A DNA stretch of 63,747 bases, counting the filler, from Octopus bimaculoides (taxonomy: Eukaryota), in the NCBI RefSeq assembly GCF_001194135.2. It is 5 parts of 4 records of this genome, joined end to end, with 100 filler letters (N's around TTAATTAATTAA, not from the genome) between each part and the next. Parts side by side here need not be neighbours in the genome. Positions count along the whole stretch, not along the records: positions 1 to 11,735 come from NC_068982.1; positions 11,836 to 28,601 come from NC_068982.1; 3 more parts are not named here. One strand, 5' to 3'. Shown here piece after piece: positions 1 to 12,897 of this stretch; within the stretch, counting starts at the first letter, position 1, and every line of letters starts with the position of its first letter. Under the pieces are notes generated by a model, which was given only the letters and a program-made list of their open reading frames with translations, was not told the DNA's origin and searched no databases. Position numbers and translations under genes: made by a program.

Positions 1-400
1 TATGCAATTAGACGAGATTATTATTCACAGGCATCCATACATGCATAATACATACACATCACACACACACATATGCATATATACGCATACGTGTGTGCGC
101 GAGTGTGTGTGTGAGTGCGATATTCCAGTGTTGAGGTATCCTCTTCCTTTTCTAAAGTAGACAAAACAACAGCGATACAGGAATTCGAGAGCAGAAACCG
201 GAAGCTGCTCGCAATGCACGGTGCGCACAACTCTAAAATAATATCGACATACTCAACCTGCCAAAAGTATATAAAAAAACAACCAAGGCATTTAGCTGTT
301 TGTGAAGCAGTGGAGCTACCATTAGTATTGTTATATTCTGCGTGGTATAGAAAGAATACTGTCTGCGACCAGATATATGCATTAAGTCACTGAAACAGTG

Positions 401-780
401 GAGGTGCAATGGCCCAGTGGTTAGGGCAGCGGACTCGCGGTCATAGGATCGCGGTTTCGATTCCCAGACCGGGCATTTTGAGTGCTTATTGAGCGAAAGC
501 ACCTAAAGCTCAACGAGACTCTGGCAGGGGATGGTGGCGAACCCTACTGTACTCTTTCACCACAACTTTCTCTCACTCTTACTTTCTGTTTCTGTTGTGC
601 CTGTAATTCAAAGGTTCAGCCTTGTCACACTGTATCACCTGAATATCCCCGAGAACTACGTTACGAGTACACATGTCTGTGGAGTACTCAGCCACTTGCA
701 CGTTAATTTCACGAGCAGGCTGTTCCGTTGATCGGATCAACTGGAACCCTCGACGTCGTAAGCGACGGAGTGCCAACAAT
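401..780 (+). mobile_element. tRNA-derived SINE, family B (full length)
   Basis: A-box TGGCCCAGTGG and B-box GGTTTCGATTCC; near-identical copy at 59103-59480; short CAA-type tail. Confidence 0.85.
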
Positions 781-844
781 TACGACAACAACACTGAAAC
801 AGAAGAGTGGGAAGCCCAACAGAAACGTTAGCTGGAAACGAAGA

Positions 845-990
845 ATTTGCATGACCAATTTATGCAACAAAGGCAATGCTGGAAATAAAGAAAGCTGGTT
901 ATGGGTGATGGCTGGGGAATTGAAACAACAACTGATTCTCTAATTATAGCTTCTCAGGAACAAGCTATTAAAATGACCGAAAATTTTGAT
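845..990 (+). mobile_element. Decayed R4/Dong-like non-LTR retrotransposon fragment
   Basis: Frameshifted translation ...WLWVMAGELK / TTDSLIIASQEQAI resembles the ETEALICAAQEQAL motif in the copy at 38167. Confidence 0.6.
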
Positions 991-1705
991 GCAATTAGAC
1001 GACATAATTATTCACAGACATCCATACGAGGAGAACAAAAACGAATAATCTATGATCATCGATGTCAAATACCATATAATAATGAGCCAGAGGAATGAAG
1101 ATGTTGTGGAAAATCGGCAGTTGACCTCTGATAATTTGTGAAGTTGGCAAAACAGTCAGATTGCTAGTTAGAGGCTGAAGGATATTGGAAATGAGAGTTC
1201 CATAGTCTATCTCCATGCCATCCTGTATTCCTTCCTGTATTTTCAACGAACGACATTTGAGATTCGATCAGACTTGTACACAAAATTCAAGATAATGAAC
1301 CAAGTGTATAATTTGAATAACAACATCGACAACAATGACAGCATTAACAAAAGCAATGACAATGGCGACACGACGATGACGACTACGGCGACGATGACGG
1401 AGAGGATTACTTTCATTGACCACAAGGGTACATGAGATTGAGGACAATATTAAAAGACGGAATACGAAACACGAAATGGCGGGGTGTGTAGTAGTAGTTG
1501 TTGTTATTGTTAGTCTTATTCTTTTCTTCATTATCCACAGGGGCACGGATGAGGGGAGACATCATAAGAGCAGAAACCAATTTGTGTAGGCATTTACATA
1601 AAGGATGAGGACAAACAAGTGGAAAGGACACTGAGATACAAAAAGTGACCCATCATATCTCAAATTACATGGGCGGTAAGCTCTTCTTTTTCCAACACCA
1701 CTTTG

Positions 1706-2515
1706 CTCCTCTCAGATCCGTTTCTTATCTCACTCTCGATCTGTCAAGGTTATCATTTCTCGTCCCTTCTATACTTTCTGGTGCTCGAGACTTTGCTGCA
1801 GATGCTAGAGCTGTTGATGGGCACCCTCCTCGAACTGGAATGCAGCAGAGCTGCGCTGGTGTGCGTGGATGACATCACGGTCACGGTGTCAAAAACCGCG
1901 GAAGTTCACTTAGTCCAATCCATTTTAAAGAAATACGTGGCGATGCTAGGAACTAGAGAGGGAAGATTATGCCTACGAACAGTATAGAAGGTCGATGAGA
2001 ACTTTACCGAGGAAAGAACAAGATTAGGCGCCCGGCATCTGGAATATTGTCAGGCGCTGACTGCCCTCTGCCAGTCGGGCAATATCGTCGGTGTAGGTAC
2101 TATGGTAGCAATATACAGGAGTATAGTGTCGGGTAAGTTCGATGAGGTCCTCGTGGAAATTCTAGGCGTCAACGAGGCTTGTCTATGTCGGAGGAATTTC
2201 GGCTCTGTTACTACCATAATATCTTCCAAAAATCATTCTCAGTCTGACAGGATTATGTGACGAAAGTTTTGCTAGTGGTGTTATGTAGATCATCCGTTAT
2301 CCCACGTGCATCGATTATGGCTATCGTCCCAATCCATTGTGATGAACGTTCACCACCCAATTTTAACAAAACAGGGCAAGCAGTGTTCCTGTCTGTTGTC
2401 TATAACAGAAGAGGTTATAAGGTGGACGAGGCTGAAACGACAGAGAAAAGACACCGATGCCGGGCGCCTAATCTTGTTCTTTCCTTGATCCAGTATTGCA
2501 GCTCCTTGAAAACCG
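1706..2515 (+). mobile_element. Tx1/L1-clade LINE remnant (RT core segment plus 3' region), plus strand
   Basis: CQGYHFSSLLYFLVLE ... VCVDDITVTVS (degenerate QG.PLSP and YADD motifs); downstream GQAVFLSVV and EEVIRWTRLK. Confidence 0.8.
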
Positions 2516-4330
2516 TGGAAAAGCGGGTCTTGCAAACAGAGACCACATCGGCTTACCATCCATGGAACCTGTTTGTGGCATAGCCGTAACGTGTATCTGT
2601 GCATTAGTAGCCATGACATGCCGGACCGATATTCAGTGTGTGCAGGCAACAGACGGACCGGCTGATAATTGGAACGCATCCTATTCGCAGGGAGAGGGGC
2701 AGTTAATGCCCCTTTCGAGGCAAATGTGGACTGGGACAAAGTACAACTGCCATGCGATAAGTTACTAAACAAGTTATGTGCGCATTCGTCATCTGTGCTC
2801 AACCTTTCAGGGATAATTTCTACTCAGCCCATTTCTGACTGTGACAGATCACCATGCTTATAATATCATTCAAGTTCTTTTCCACCTGGAGGTCCGGGCG
2901 AAACAGAGCAATTCGTTGATTCATCTGTCTATAGATAACTATGCTGTTCGTAGACATAATCTTCCCTTTCCAGTTCTTACCATCGCCTCCTATTTCTTTA
3001 AAATGAAGCGAACTTCCACGGTTTCTAAGACCATGACCGTGATGCCATTCGCACATATCAACGCAGCTCTGCCTCATTCCAGTTCGAGGAGGGTGCCCAT
3101 CAATAGCTCTAGCATCTGGCTCGAGCGCCAGAAAGTATGGAAGGGACGAGAAATGATACCCTTGACAGATAAGAAACGGCTCTGAGAGGAGGTTGTATAG
3201 TTTTACTACCAAGAAAGTTCCGCTATGCATAGCTGCGGTCTAGCCATTGTAAAGGGGTTCGAAATAGTCTGCATTCTGGATTAGTGCCATGTACAAGTGA
3301 TCGATCATATCGAATGATTTCAACTGATCCAAATTGACCAGAATCCTATCGATGCCGATACCAGATTTGCTATCCATTCCCTATATGATGTAACGCATGG
3401 GGTGGATGTTATAGTTGTTGGATCTTTTAGGGGTCACAAACTTATGAGCTTCTGCGATCAAACTGTCCACGAAAAGCAATGAACACTTTGCCAAAGCCTT
3501 GGTTAAAATTTAAACCTCTACATTTACCTGGGTTGTGGACAGGATATTGTCTATATTATGCCTTCTTCTGGCGCCCTTTGCATCAAATTTTAAACATCTC
3601 GACGCACAGATCACGGAATTCTCCTGTTCAGCTGCTAGGTATGGGTGACATTGCCAAGAGGTTAACAAACAGCACTGGCATATGGCCACAAAGCTCATAG
3701 GACACACCGTCCAAACCGAATTATTTGTCCCTTGTGCAAACGCTGAATACGTCTCGTAACCTAGCTGCTGTTATTTGCCTGCCAAAATTTGCGGCAGGCT
3801 TTTGAGGTAGGTACTAATATCAATAATTCTCTGTGATTTATTGCTTTCTCTGAATAGTTGGGTTAAGTGCTGCTGTAAGGCCATTCACGTTGGCTTGAAA
3901 CCGAGCAGTACAAGTCGATCCTGATCTGTGAATGACTGAATTGTGGCCTATTGCTACGTTGCGCCCCTACCACCGAAGCACATGGTACAGGTTTTTTCTC
4001 TCTACTTTTAGCGCACAATCTCTGATCCTGACAACGTAACATTCTTGTTTCGCAATAAAGTATTCGTAGAGGGCTCTTCTTGTCGCTACCATGTTGGTCA
4101 CGGTGCCTCGTCTAATTGCCTTTTTCAAACTACTAAGTAGCTTTTCTTCTAATCTATTTCTGTCTGTCACTTGCAATTTGCTAAATGTTATTGGCTCATA
4201 TTTAATAGCCCTCTTCAGGGTTCGCCACGACCGACCTGTTATTGACTATTGTCCCCATCAAATGCGCCCTAACTAGCTCGCTAACCTGTTTCTGTGGTCT
4301 GTTCGCGCCGAGAGAGATGCATTCAACTTC
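2516..4330 (-). mobile_element. Tx1/L1-clade LINE ORF2 remnant, minus strand
   Basis: Ordered, frameshifted motifs GLDGVSYE, NLDQLKSFDMIDH, CQGYHFSSLPYFLALEP, KWAE*KLSLKG, MSWLLMHRYTLRL. Confidence 0.85.
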
Positions 4331-4372
4331 CAGTAGATTAATTCCAGTCTCTCTTTTTCTTTTACTCTCTTT

Positions 4373-4738
4373 AACTTGTTTCAGTCACTTGACTGCGGCC
4401 ATGCTGGAGCACCGCCTTTAGTCGAGCAAATTGACACCGGGACTTATTCTTTGTAAGCCTAGTGCTTATTCTATCGGGATCTTTTGCCGAACCGCTAGGT
4501 GACGGTGACATAAACACACCAACATCGATTGTCAAGCAACGCTAGGGGGACAATCACAGACACAAAAACATATACACACACATACATATATATACATATA
4601 TACGACGGGCTTCTTTCAGTTTCCGTCTACCAAATCCACTCACGAGGTTTTGGTTGGCCCGAGACTAAAGTAGAAGACACTTGCCCAAGATGCCACGCAA
4701 TGGGACTGAACGCGGAGCCATGTGGTTGGTAAGCAAGT
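4373..4738 (-). mobile_element. tRNA-derived SINE, family A
   Basis: Reverse complement of the copy at 12499-12897, with internal (TA/CA)n. Confidence 0.85.
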
Positions 4739-5104
4739 TACATTATTTCATAGATATTTGCCATAAAGGCATTACAAAGAGGGGACGAACAAGGACAGAC
4801 AAACATAAAAGGGGTGAAGTAGCTAGCTGCATCACACAACCACTGCTGCGCCTATAAATCTATGAATTCTATCTACGGTGACTGCGAAGATCACAAATTT
4901 GCGTTCTGCGTAACTGATTAGTTTGAATTGTGGACAACCTAAAGTATTTCTGTCAGTTAACGTGACGAATACTCAAGTAAGATCTATAAGTTCCTCTGTG
5001 GTTGCTCCAAGACCACATTTAGGTATTTGGGAGAACTACTCCTCAATCGCCTGATCCTATTAAACCACACGAATAGGTCATGAGGTCATCAAACATTGGT
5101 TTGT

Positions 5105-5374
5105 GTTATTTTATTATTACTGTCATTATTCTTCTTATTATTATTTTTCTTCTTCTTCTTCTTCTTCTTCTTCTTCTTCTTCTTCTTCTTCTTCTTCTTC
5201 TTCTTCTTCTTCTTCTTCTGCTTTTTCTTTTATAATTGTTCCTACTGTTTTCCGTCTTCTTCTTCTTCTTCTTCTTCTTCTTCTTCTTCCTTTTCATCTC
5301 CCTCTTCGTTTTCTTCTTCTTCTTGTACTTCCTATTATTGTTATTATTGTTGTTGTTTTTGGTATTATTATTAA

Positions 5375-5409
<35 letters not shown>

Positions 5410-5430
5410 TCAGTTATAGCAGCACTTTAG

Positions 5431-5476
<46 letters not shown>

Positions 5477-5580
5477 TTCATTATCAGCAGCAGTAGCAGC
5501 AGGCACCAGCAGTGGTAGAAGTAGAAGTAGAAGTAGAAGAAGTGGCAGTAGTTGCAGCAGCAGCAGCAACAGCAGCAGTT
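5105..5580. repeat. Compound trinucleotide microsatellite (TTC)n/(TAG)n/(CAT)n/(CAG)n
   Basis: Directly visible. Confidence 0.95.
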
Positions 5581-6466
5581 TCTTTTATAGAGAGATGAAC
5601 GTAAGCCTTGTGAGCGATAGTAAAAAGCTTAAAAGAAAATACGTATTGAAAGAACAATAATAGCTGCGAGATGTCTCACGGCTCGGCTGAAATCAATATT
5701 CGTGTTGCAAAAATTTGCGATGTGAAATATAATATTTATTGACTAACATTTTAGATGGAAAATATTTTACAAAGGGCATTGTTGGATCAAACCTATTAGT
5801 AACTGCTATATATTTCCTATGGTTTAAAAGAAAATTGCTGACTTATATAAATTCTCTATATTTTGTCTGTCAACGACACCAAAAGCAACGTCATGCTTAT
5901 TGTTNNNNNNNNNNNNNNNNNNNNNNNNNNNNNNNNNNNNNNNNNNNNNNNNNNNNNNNNNNNNNNNNNNNNNNNNNNNNNNNNNNNNNNNNNNNNNNNN
6001 NNNNNNNNNNNNNNNNNNNNNNNNNNNNNNNNNNNNNNNNNNNNNNNNNNNNNNNNNNNNNNNNNNNNNNNNNNNNNNNNNNNNNNNNNNNNNNNNNNNN
6101 NNNNNNNNNNNNNNNNNNNNNNNNNNNNNNNNNNNNNNNNNNNNNNNNNNNNNNNNNNNNNNNNNNNNNNNNNNNNNNNNNNNNNNNNNNNNNNNNNNNN
6201 NNNNNNNNNNNNNNNNNNNNNNNNNNNNNNNNNNNNNNNNNNNNNNNNNNNNNNNNNNNNNNNNNNNNNNNNNNNNNNNNNNNNNNNNNNNNNNNNNNNN
6301 NNNNNNNNNNNNNNNNNNNNNNNNNNNNNNNNNNNNNNNNNNNNNNNNNNNNNNNNNNNNNNNNNNNNNNNNNNNNNNNNNNNNNNNNNNNNNNNNNNNN
6401 NNNNNNNNNNNNNNNNNNNNNNNNNNNNNNNNNNNNNNNNNNNNNNNNNNNNNNNNNNTGTGTGTG

Positions 6467-6497
<31 letters not shown>

Positions 6498-8706
6498 ATC
6501 TATATGTCTATATGCTTGTATGTTATTAATGTCTGTATGCTTGTATGTTATTAATATGTCTATTAAGTTGAGCTTTGTGTTGCTTTATTAATGTCGAAGT
6601 AAGTCTGCATATATATCGAATAATCTGTTGGATATTAGGTCATGTTCCTCTAGCTTTCCGATCGTATTGCCTCCACTCAAATTATAAATTGGAACTTAGC
6701 TCAATTTGAGGACTTCGATTTTAGCCTGTCTACGAGTATTGTTAATTAATAACAATATCTATAAAATAGTATAATTTATATATATATACTCACACATTAA
6801 GATAGGTTTAGATTTGTTTGCATATATTGGTAAATACTCATATTTACATATGCATACATGAGTATGTGTGTGTATATGTGTGTGTGGAGAGAGTGAAAGA
6901 AAAAGAGAAAGACAACATTTAAAACGCAGAAGTTCACAACCATAATTTCTAGTTTGTAGTTCAGACGAATGGAAACAATAAAATAGATATTTCGGATATC
7001 ATTTCTTCTGGGGTAAGCGTGTAGCGCAAAAGAAGCGTGGCAAAGAAGAGGAAATTGCGAAATAAGAAAAAGACGTGTCGTAACGAGATTACCAAGGTGA
7101 AGCCAGTGTATATACTGGCCGTTAAGTAAAGAAAAGTTACATGGTTGGTCAGACAATACGATGATGAATGAGAGTAGCTTTGAGTAATGGTACGAATGAC
7201 TCTGTAAATGTCAGCCTGCTTAAGTTTGTGTTTGTCTGTGTGTGATGTGGGTGTGTAGGTTTTATATTGTGATTGGTCCACAGTATGCCATGTATTTTTG
7301 CGTGTGCACGACTGAAGGCTTTTGCGTGCTTGTATGAGCGCATGATTTTGTATGTTTATTATATGTATAGGTTAGTGCGTGTTACATTGCGATCAGGGTG
7401 ATTGCAAAATGTGTGAAAGTGAAGCGTGGATGTGCGCATGCAATTTGTTTGCGGATGTTGAGTGTTGACGGACATGTTAACTCTTTTGACAAGAACCTGC
7501 CTCAAATTGCCCTTGGTTCTATGGCACAAAATTCTTGTTTTAATATGATGGAAGTTAAATTCTACCATCAATATTTCATGTCAATTTCTGTTCCAGACAC
7601 CAGCTTAATAATAGTAGTCTTTTTACTAAATTCTTCAGTATTTTTAAAATACATTGAAACAATGACAAACTTTTTCAAATGGAATATGGTAATAAAAGAG
7701 CTAAGGTGTGTATATTAGTTTTTCATGGAATGCATGATATGGAGGTGTGATATATACATATGTATGGGTCGTTGGTTGGAAGTCTTGTGGAAGGCTCAGG
7801 AGAAAGTGGTGTGTTTTTGAAGGAAAAACAAAACGCTATTTTCTAAGATAAAGGTGTTTCATTTCTCGCCCCTTGTTGTACGTTAATACTTATCAAACGC
7901 TTCTGCTTCTCCACAAAACGTGAATCATTAAAATATTCATTGACTTATAGATTAACATTTCTCTATATACTTCCGTTTATGTGATTTTGTACGAGTTTTC
8001 TTTGATAAATCTCTACAGAACTAATGCTAATATTTAGGGATGGGTTTGTTTAAAATGGAGATGCAGTGAAAAAATGTTGGGGAGAATTGGAATAGCAGAA
8101 GAATGACAACAAATAAGCGGTGTATACATATAACTAAAATGCTACTGATAGTACTTTTGGAGGAGATGGAGGCTGGATCAAGTGGAGGAATTGGAGACAA
8201 GCAAGAATGACAAAGCAATGGGGCTTGAATTGTAAGTTAAAAGGTTGTAAGAATAAAATGTCTTACGTTAGCAAGATGGAAGATCTATTTAATTAACAAC
8301 GGCAAGTGGAAAAAAAAAACCCAACAGGGATGACATTAAGATGTCAGAGGGACAAAGATAAAATTGTTTCTAGACTTAGTGTTTCATGTATTTCTGACTG
8401 TGATGTATTCAATGAAAATAAGGCAGTACATTTAATAACATTCAAGAAATGACGACAGTATATTTATATCTTCAATAATTTTGTCAGTTCTTTTCCGGCT
8501 GCCAAATAAATTATATATAAGTGCAAACTGATATATGAGAAATCATCGCCCAGTAAATTTTCGTACATTATTATCGGAAAATGTTTGTACTTATTTTACT
8601 CTGTTTCACGTACACTCTGTTGGCGATGAAGAGTGTTTTATTAATATAATGTTTGGAGACAAATTAATGCCTAAATACATACTTCAAAATACAGTTAAGG
8701 AGTGTA

Positions 8707-8774
<68 letters not shown>

Positions 8775-9273
8775 ACTAAAGTCTGTGTTTGTGTGTGTGC
8801 GCGTATGTGTACGTATGATAAGAATATAATAAGTTTATTCATCCTAAATTAATCTTACCTTCAGTAAATTCAAAACAAATGACAAAAAGTATCAAATATC
8901 TCGATGTAGATCCAATTAGATATGAGAATTTCACCATCACTTATGAAAAAAATTGAACACCGAAAGGAATTTCATAAAATCTGGGTCTACATACATAACA
9001 GCGACTGGAAGAACTCTATATAACGGGGTAATATTCATAATGCCAAGTTACATAAAACATCTGAAAAGCAGGAATCAAAGCAGGGAATGTATATCAACAT
9101 TCATTGATGCTACTTTATAAAGCAAAAAAAAGGTCTTAATAAATATTGATAACTCGCCATAATTCATTAGTTGTTCTGCTAGCAATCAACGCAGATGCAC
9201 GCGCATATATTTCGAATCTTCTTTGTATGCCATATGCTACATACTACATGCATGCATACACACGCACGTACGT

Positions 9274-9328
<55 letters not shown>

Positions 9329-9329
9329 A

Positions 9330-9367
<38 letters not shown>

Positions 9368-9949
9368 GGATAGATAAATATATAGATAGAAAGTTATAGG
9401 TATTCATATTGCACTCAATGATTGCCCAAATATCTTTTGTAGAGTGTATGTGTATAAGGGATGGAACATAAGGATTATTAGGAAGGAATAGGTTTTAAAA
9501 GACAGAAAGTACAACAACAACTGTGATGATGATGATGACGAGATATTTTTTAGTACAGGGGCTTAGAAGAGGAGGGCATCACATGGCCAGTCAATAATGT
9601 ATGTAAGGGCTGACAAAACATGAGCAGAAAGGAATGTAAAAGATGATGAAATGCAATAAAAGCATACATAATATACAAAGTATGTGATAACACAAATGAT
9701 GTAGGATTAACTACAACTATAGCCAATGATGGACAGCCACATATCCAGGATTATCCTGAAAATTAACGACAAGAGACCCCACCCAACTGCTGTTATCCAA
9801 TCTACAGGCGCATATGTAGAATAGGGCCATTCGCTGAGATCACTTTTCCATACGAACCTACCATTTCCTAAATTCAGTGGGCAGTAAAAATTCCCTTTCC
9901 ACCCTTACCTTTATTTCCGGGTGGAAATTAAAACAAGTCAATGAGGTCT

Positions 9950-10395
9950 TGACCAAGGAGGAAGGTGTCTTTCTCAGCCTATCCAGCCGCCATAGCCACT
10001 ATAGAGAAGAACATCTCCAGCTCTACCATGTTTAAGGTCGGTGGGAAGCAATCCTCAAGATGGATCCGGCCGATGGTCGGTATGTCGCACAATGAACTAG
10101 TGGAATTTTATTCCAAATAACTTGTTCCAGTGCCAGTGCCAAGTTTGCCAAAATATTTACAAGTTGGGTGGAGGACTAATGTGGCTCTTGAGCATTCATG
10201 ATAGACAAATGGAAAAAGAAGCCAATGCTGAAATGAATCTTTGGTGCAGCATTTCTGATCGGCGCTACGAACACCTGTCAGAGACCAAAAGTAATTTAAG
10301 ATCTCATGCTAGAAAAAAGAGCAGGCAATCACCTTTCAACACTAGAGGTACCAACCAGCACGGAATATCAGAGCAGATATTTCAGTACGAACATA
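9950..10395 (+). mobile_element. Possible highly decayed CRE/RLE-type LINE 3' end
   Basis: Weak motifs EKNISSS, CQCQVC and NIRADISVR (compare xRADISxRGFW of CRE-like endonucleases); many stops. Confidence 0.3.
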
Positions 10396-10973
10396 TACAA
10401 ATATATACCACTCGTTTTCTCTCCTTATTTTTACAGGACCATCAACATCATTACAGGCCATATATCGTTATAAAAAAACTCATTGAAATGTAGCGTTGGT
10501 TTTAATGGTAGCAGAGGCAACGATATTTTAGATGTCATGTGTCACAATTGATGACGCTGAAGTAGATAAATGATCGTTCTGGAATTAAAGTTCGGTAGAA
10601 GTTTTGGTGATGTGAGAAAATTGAAGACAGAATTGGTGTGTCCGTGGTGGCTATGATAGCCGTAAAGGAGATAAACTCACATGGTGATATTAAAATGAGA
10701 TTGCTTTTAAATAAGATGACAATCTTCTGTGCTTCCTTATTTATAGCCAGATGCCATTCAAAGAATTTATAATATGGCGAAAAGGGATGAAATATTTCTG
10801 TAAAACTAATGCATCATCAGAAATGGTGAGTGCCACGCTCTTGCAAGACAAATGCCAGATATCTATATTGCTATTGACACAGACACAAGATATGAAATTA
10901 AGGATTTATCAAACCTAAAATAGGGCAAGCATAATAACTTGCGAATGAGTTGAGATGAAGTATTGCTTGTACA

Positions 10974-11029
<56 letters not shown>

Positions 11030-11735
11030 CCTTTTAAGTTTGGCAGTCATTTAACCACGGCCACAGTGCTTTTTCTATCGGGCTCTTTTTCTCAAACGCT
11101 CACTTACAGGGACGTAAATAAACGAGAAACGGGGTTCAATCAATGATGGGGACAAACCGCCATACACACATACACACATACAGATACACACATGTACACA
11201 CACGCGTACACATACACATACACAAACACACACACACACACACATATACAGCTTGTAGTTATAGTAGATGGCAATTTACCCAGGGTACGTACAATTTTGT
11301 TTATATTTCATATTACTATGTCTTTGGACGGCTGCTATACTGTGATATTGTCTTGACGAACTTACTCGAACAAATCACCCCTACTCCAACATTTATTCTT
11401 TTGAAAGACTGTTACCTGTTCCAGCGGTCTCGTTTGTCGAGAGGTGGTGGGGGAGGAAATACAACACAAATAGCGAAATACAAAATATCAGCCAAAGATG
11501 TTGGATGCCTCTCATTGATTGTCTTAAAGCTGGCAACATGGTTACGATAAATATTCTTAAATGAATCAGCCGTCTGCCAAATATAAACATACGGCTCTCC
11601 TCTTGTGTGCTCGGTACATTCATCACGGTATATTCATCAAAGGACATTTTGATTTTTCTCTGCATAAGCATTCATCATATTTATTTGTATATAAGGCAGA
11701 CCTATATATGTATATATGTTTATATATATATATAT

Positions 11736-11835
11736 NNNNNNNNNNNNNNNNNNNNNNNNNNNNNNNNNNNNNNNNNNNNTTAATTAATTAANNNNNNNNN
11801 NNNNNNNNNNNNNNNNNNNNNNNNNNNNNNNNNNN
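11736..11835. other. Assembly join: 44 N + TTAATTAATTAA + 44 N
   Basis: Same 100-bp structure at 28602-28701, 53579-53678 and 61603-61702. Confidence 0.95.
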
Positions 11836-12217
11836 TCAGAAAAATGGATTTTTTAAAAATGTAATTTTCTACAAAATGCTTCAGATGGTGCACATTACAA
11901 TTATATCGGAATTTAATGGGAAATTATTTTTCCGAGGTTGGGGGTAGGGAGTTTCAGAAAATTCACACAAATCGTCTTTGTTTCCTCATAACTTTCAGAA
12001 AAATTAATATTTTTTGATAAATTTGTTTTTTTGATTTTTACAAATACCCTTCAGAGTGTGTAGATTATGATTATTACGGAATTTGATATGCAAAAAAAAA
12101 AAAAAAAAGAGAGAAAATATTGGTGGATCCGTACTCTTATACATTAACACGCATCACAATTTTGTTTTCTAAATTTCAAGTTTCATTTTGTAGATATATG
12201 CGATGTATATCAGTATG

Positions 12218-12358
12218 CAGGGGCGGACCCAAGGTCACGTGCTCCCCTCAAGAAAAGAACTGCGTCCTTCTGAATAATCTTTACGCCCTTTTCTACCGGA
12301 ACTGTATTTCCGTCTGACCTTATGCCTTCCCTTCGAAAAATTCCTGGGACCGGCCTTG
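12218..12358. mobile_element. hAT-like MITE (degenerate)
   Basis: Imperfect TIR CAGGGGCGGACCCAAGG / CCTGGGACCGGCCTTG; TSD not clear. Confidence 0.45.
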
Positions 12359-12498
12359 GTATATATATGTCAGTGTGTCCCCCAATTATTCTTTCTTCTT
12401 TTTATCAAATTCCGATATAATAGCAATCTTCACCATCTGAAAGGTATTTGTAGAAAATTTCATTAGAAAATGAGCCATTTTTCTGAAAGATATGGGGG

Positions 12499-12897
12499 AA
12501 GGCTGTGTGGTAAGTAGCTCGCTTACCAACCACATGGTTCCGGGTTCAGCCCCACTGCGTGGCACTTTGGGCAAGTGTCTTCTACTATAGCCTCGGGTCG
12601 ACCAAAGCCTTGTGAGTGGATTTGGTAGACGGAAACTGAAAGAAGCCCGTCGTATATATGTATATGTATATGTATATATATGTGTGTGTGTTTGTGTGTC
12701 TGTGTTTGTTCCTCCAACATCGCTTGACAACCGATGCTGGTGTGTTTACGTCCCCGTAGCTTAGCGGTTCGGAAAAATACACCGATAGAATAAGTACTAG
12801 GCTTACACAGAATAAGTCCTCGGGTCGATTTGCTCGACTAAAGGCGGTGCTCCAGCATGGCCGCAGTCAAGTGACTGAAACAAGTAAAAGAGTAAAC
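12499..12897 (+). mobile_element. SINE family A (full length)
   Basis: A-box GGCTGTGTGGTAAG, B-box GGTTCAGCCCC, internal TA/TG repeat, tail GCTCCAGCATGGCCGCAGTC. Confidence 0.9.

Noticed and set aside
5096-5660. ORFs of poly-F/S/L/R here and similar ORFs at 29464-30302, 35750-36416, 37483-38258 and 40149-41217
   Set aside because: Translations of trinucleotide or dinucleotide microsatellites and N gaps; no splice or homology support.
5755-5904. Open frame DGKYFTKGIVGSNLL... after TGACTAAC-ATTTTAG
   Set aside because: The branch point is too close to the AG, the donor is ambiguous, and the frame runs into a gap.
8995-9060. Strong minus-strand acceptor (CCTGCTTTTCAG) with a downstream GTATGT
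   Set aside because: All three frames are closed; nothing links it to another exon.
11780-11791. TTAATTAATTAA as a biological motif (also at 28646, 53623, 61647)
   Set aside because: Always centred in exactly 44 + 44 N; an assembly linker.
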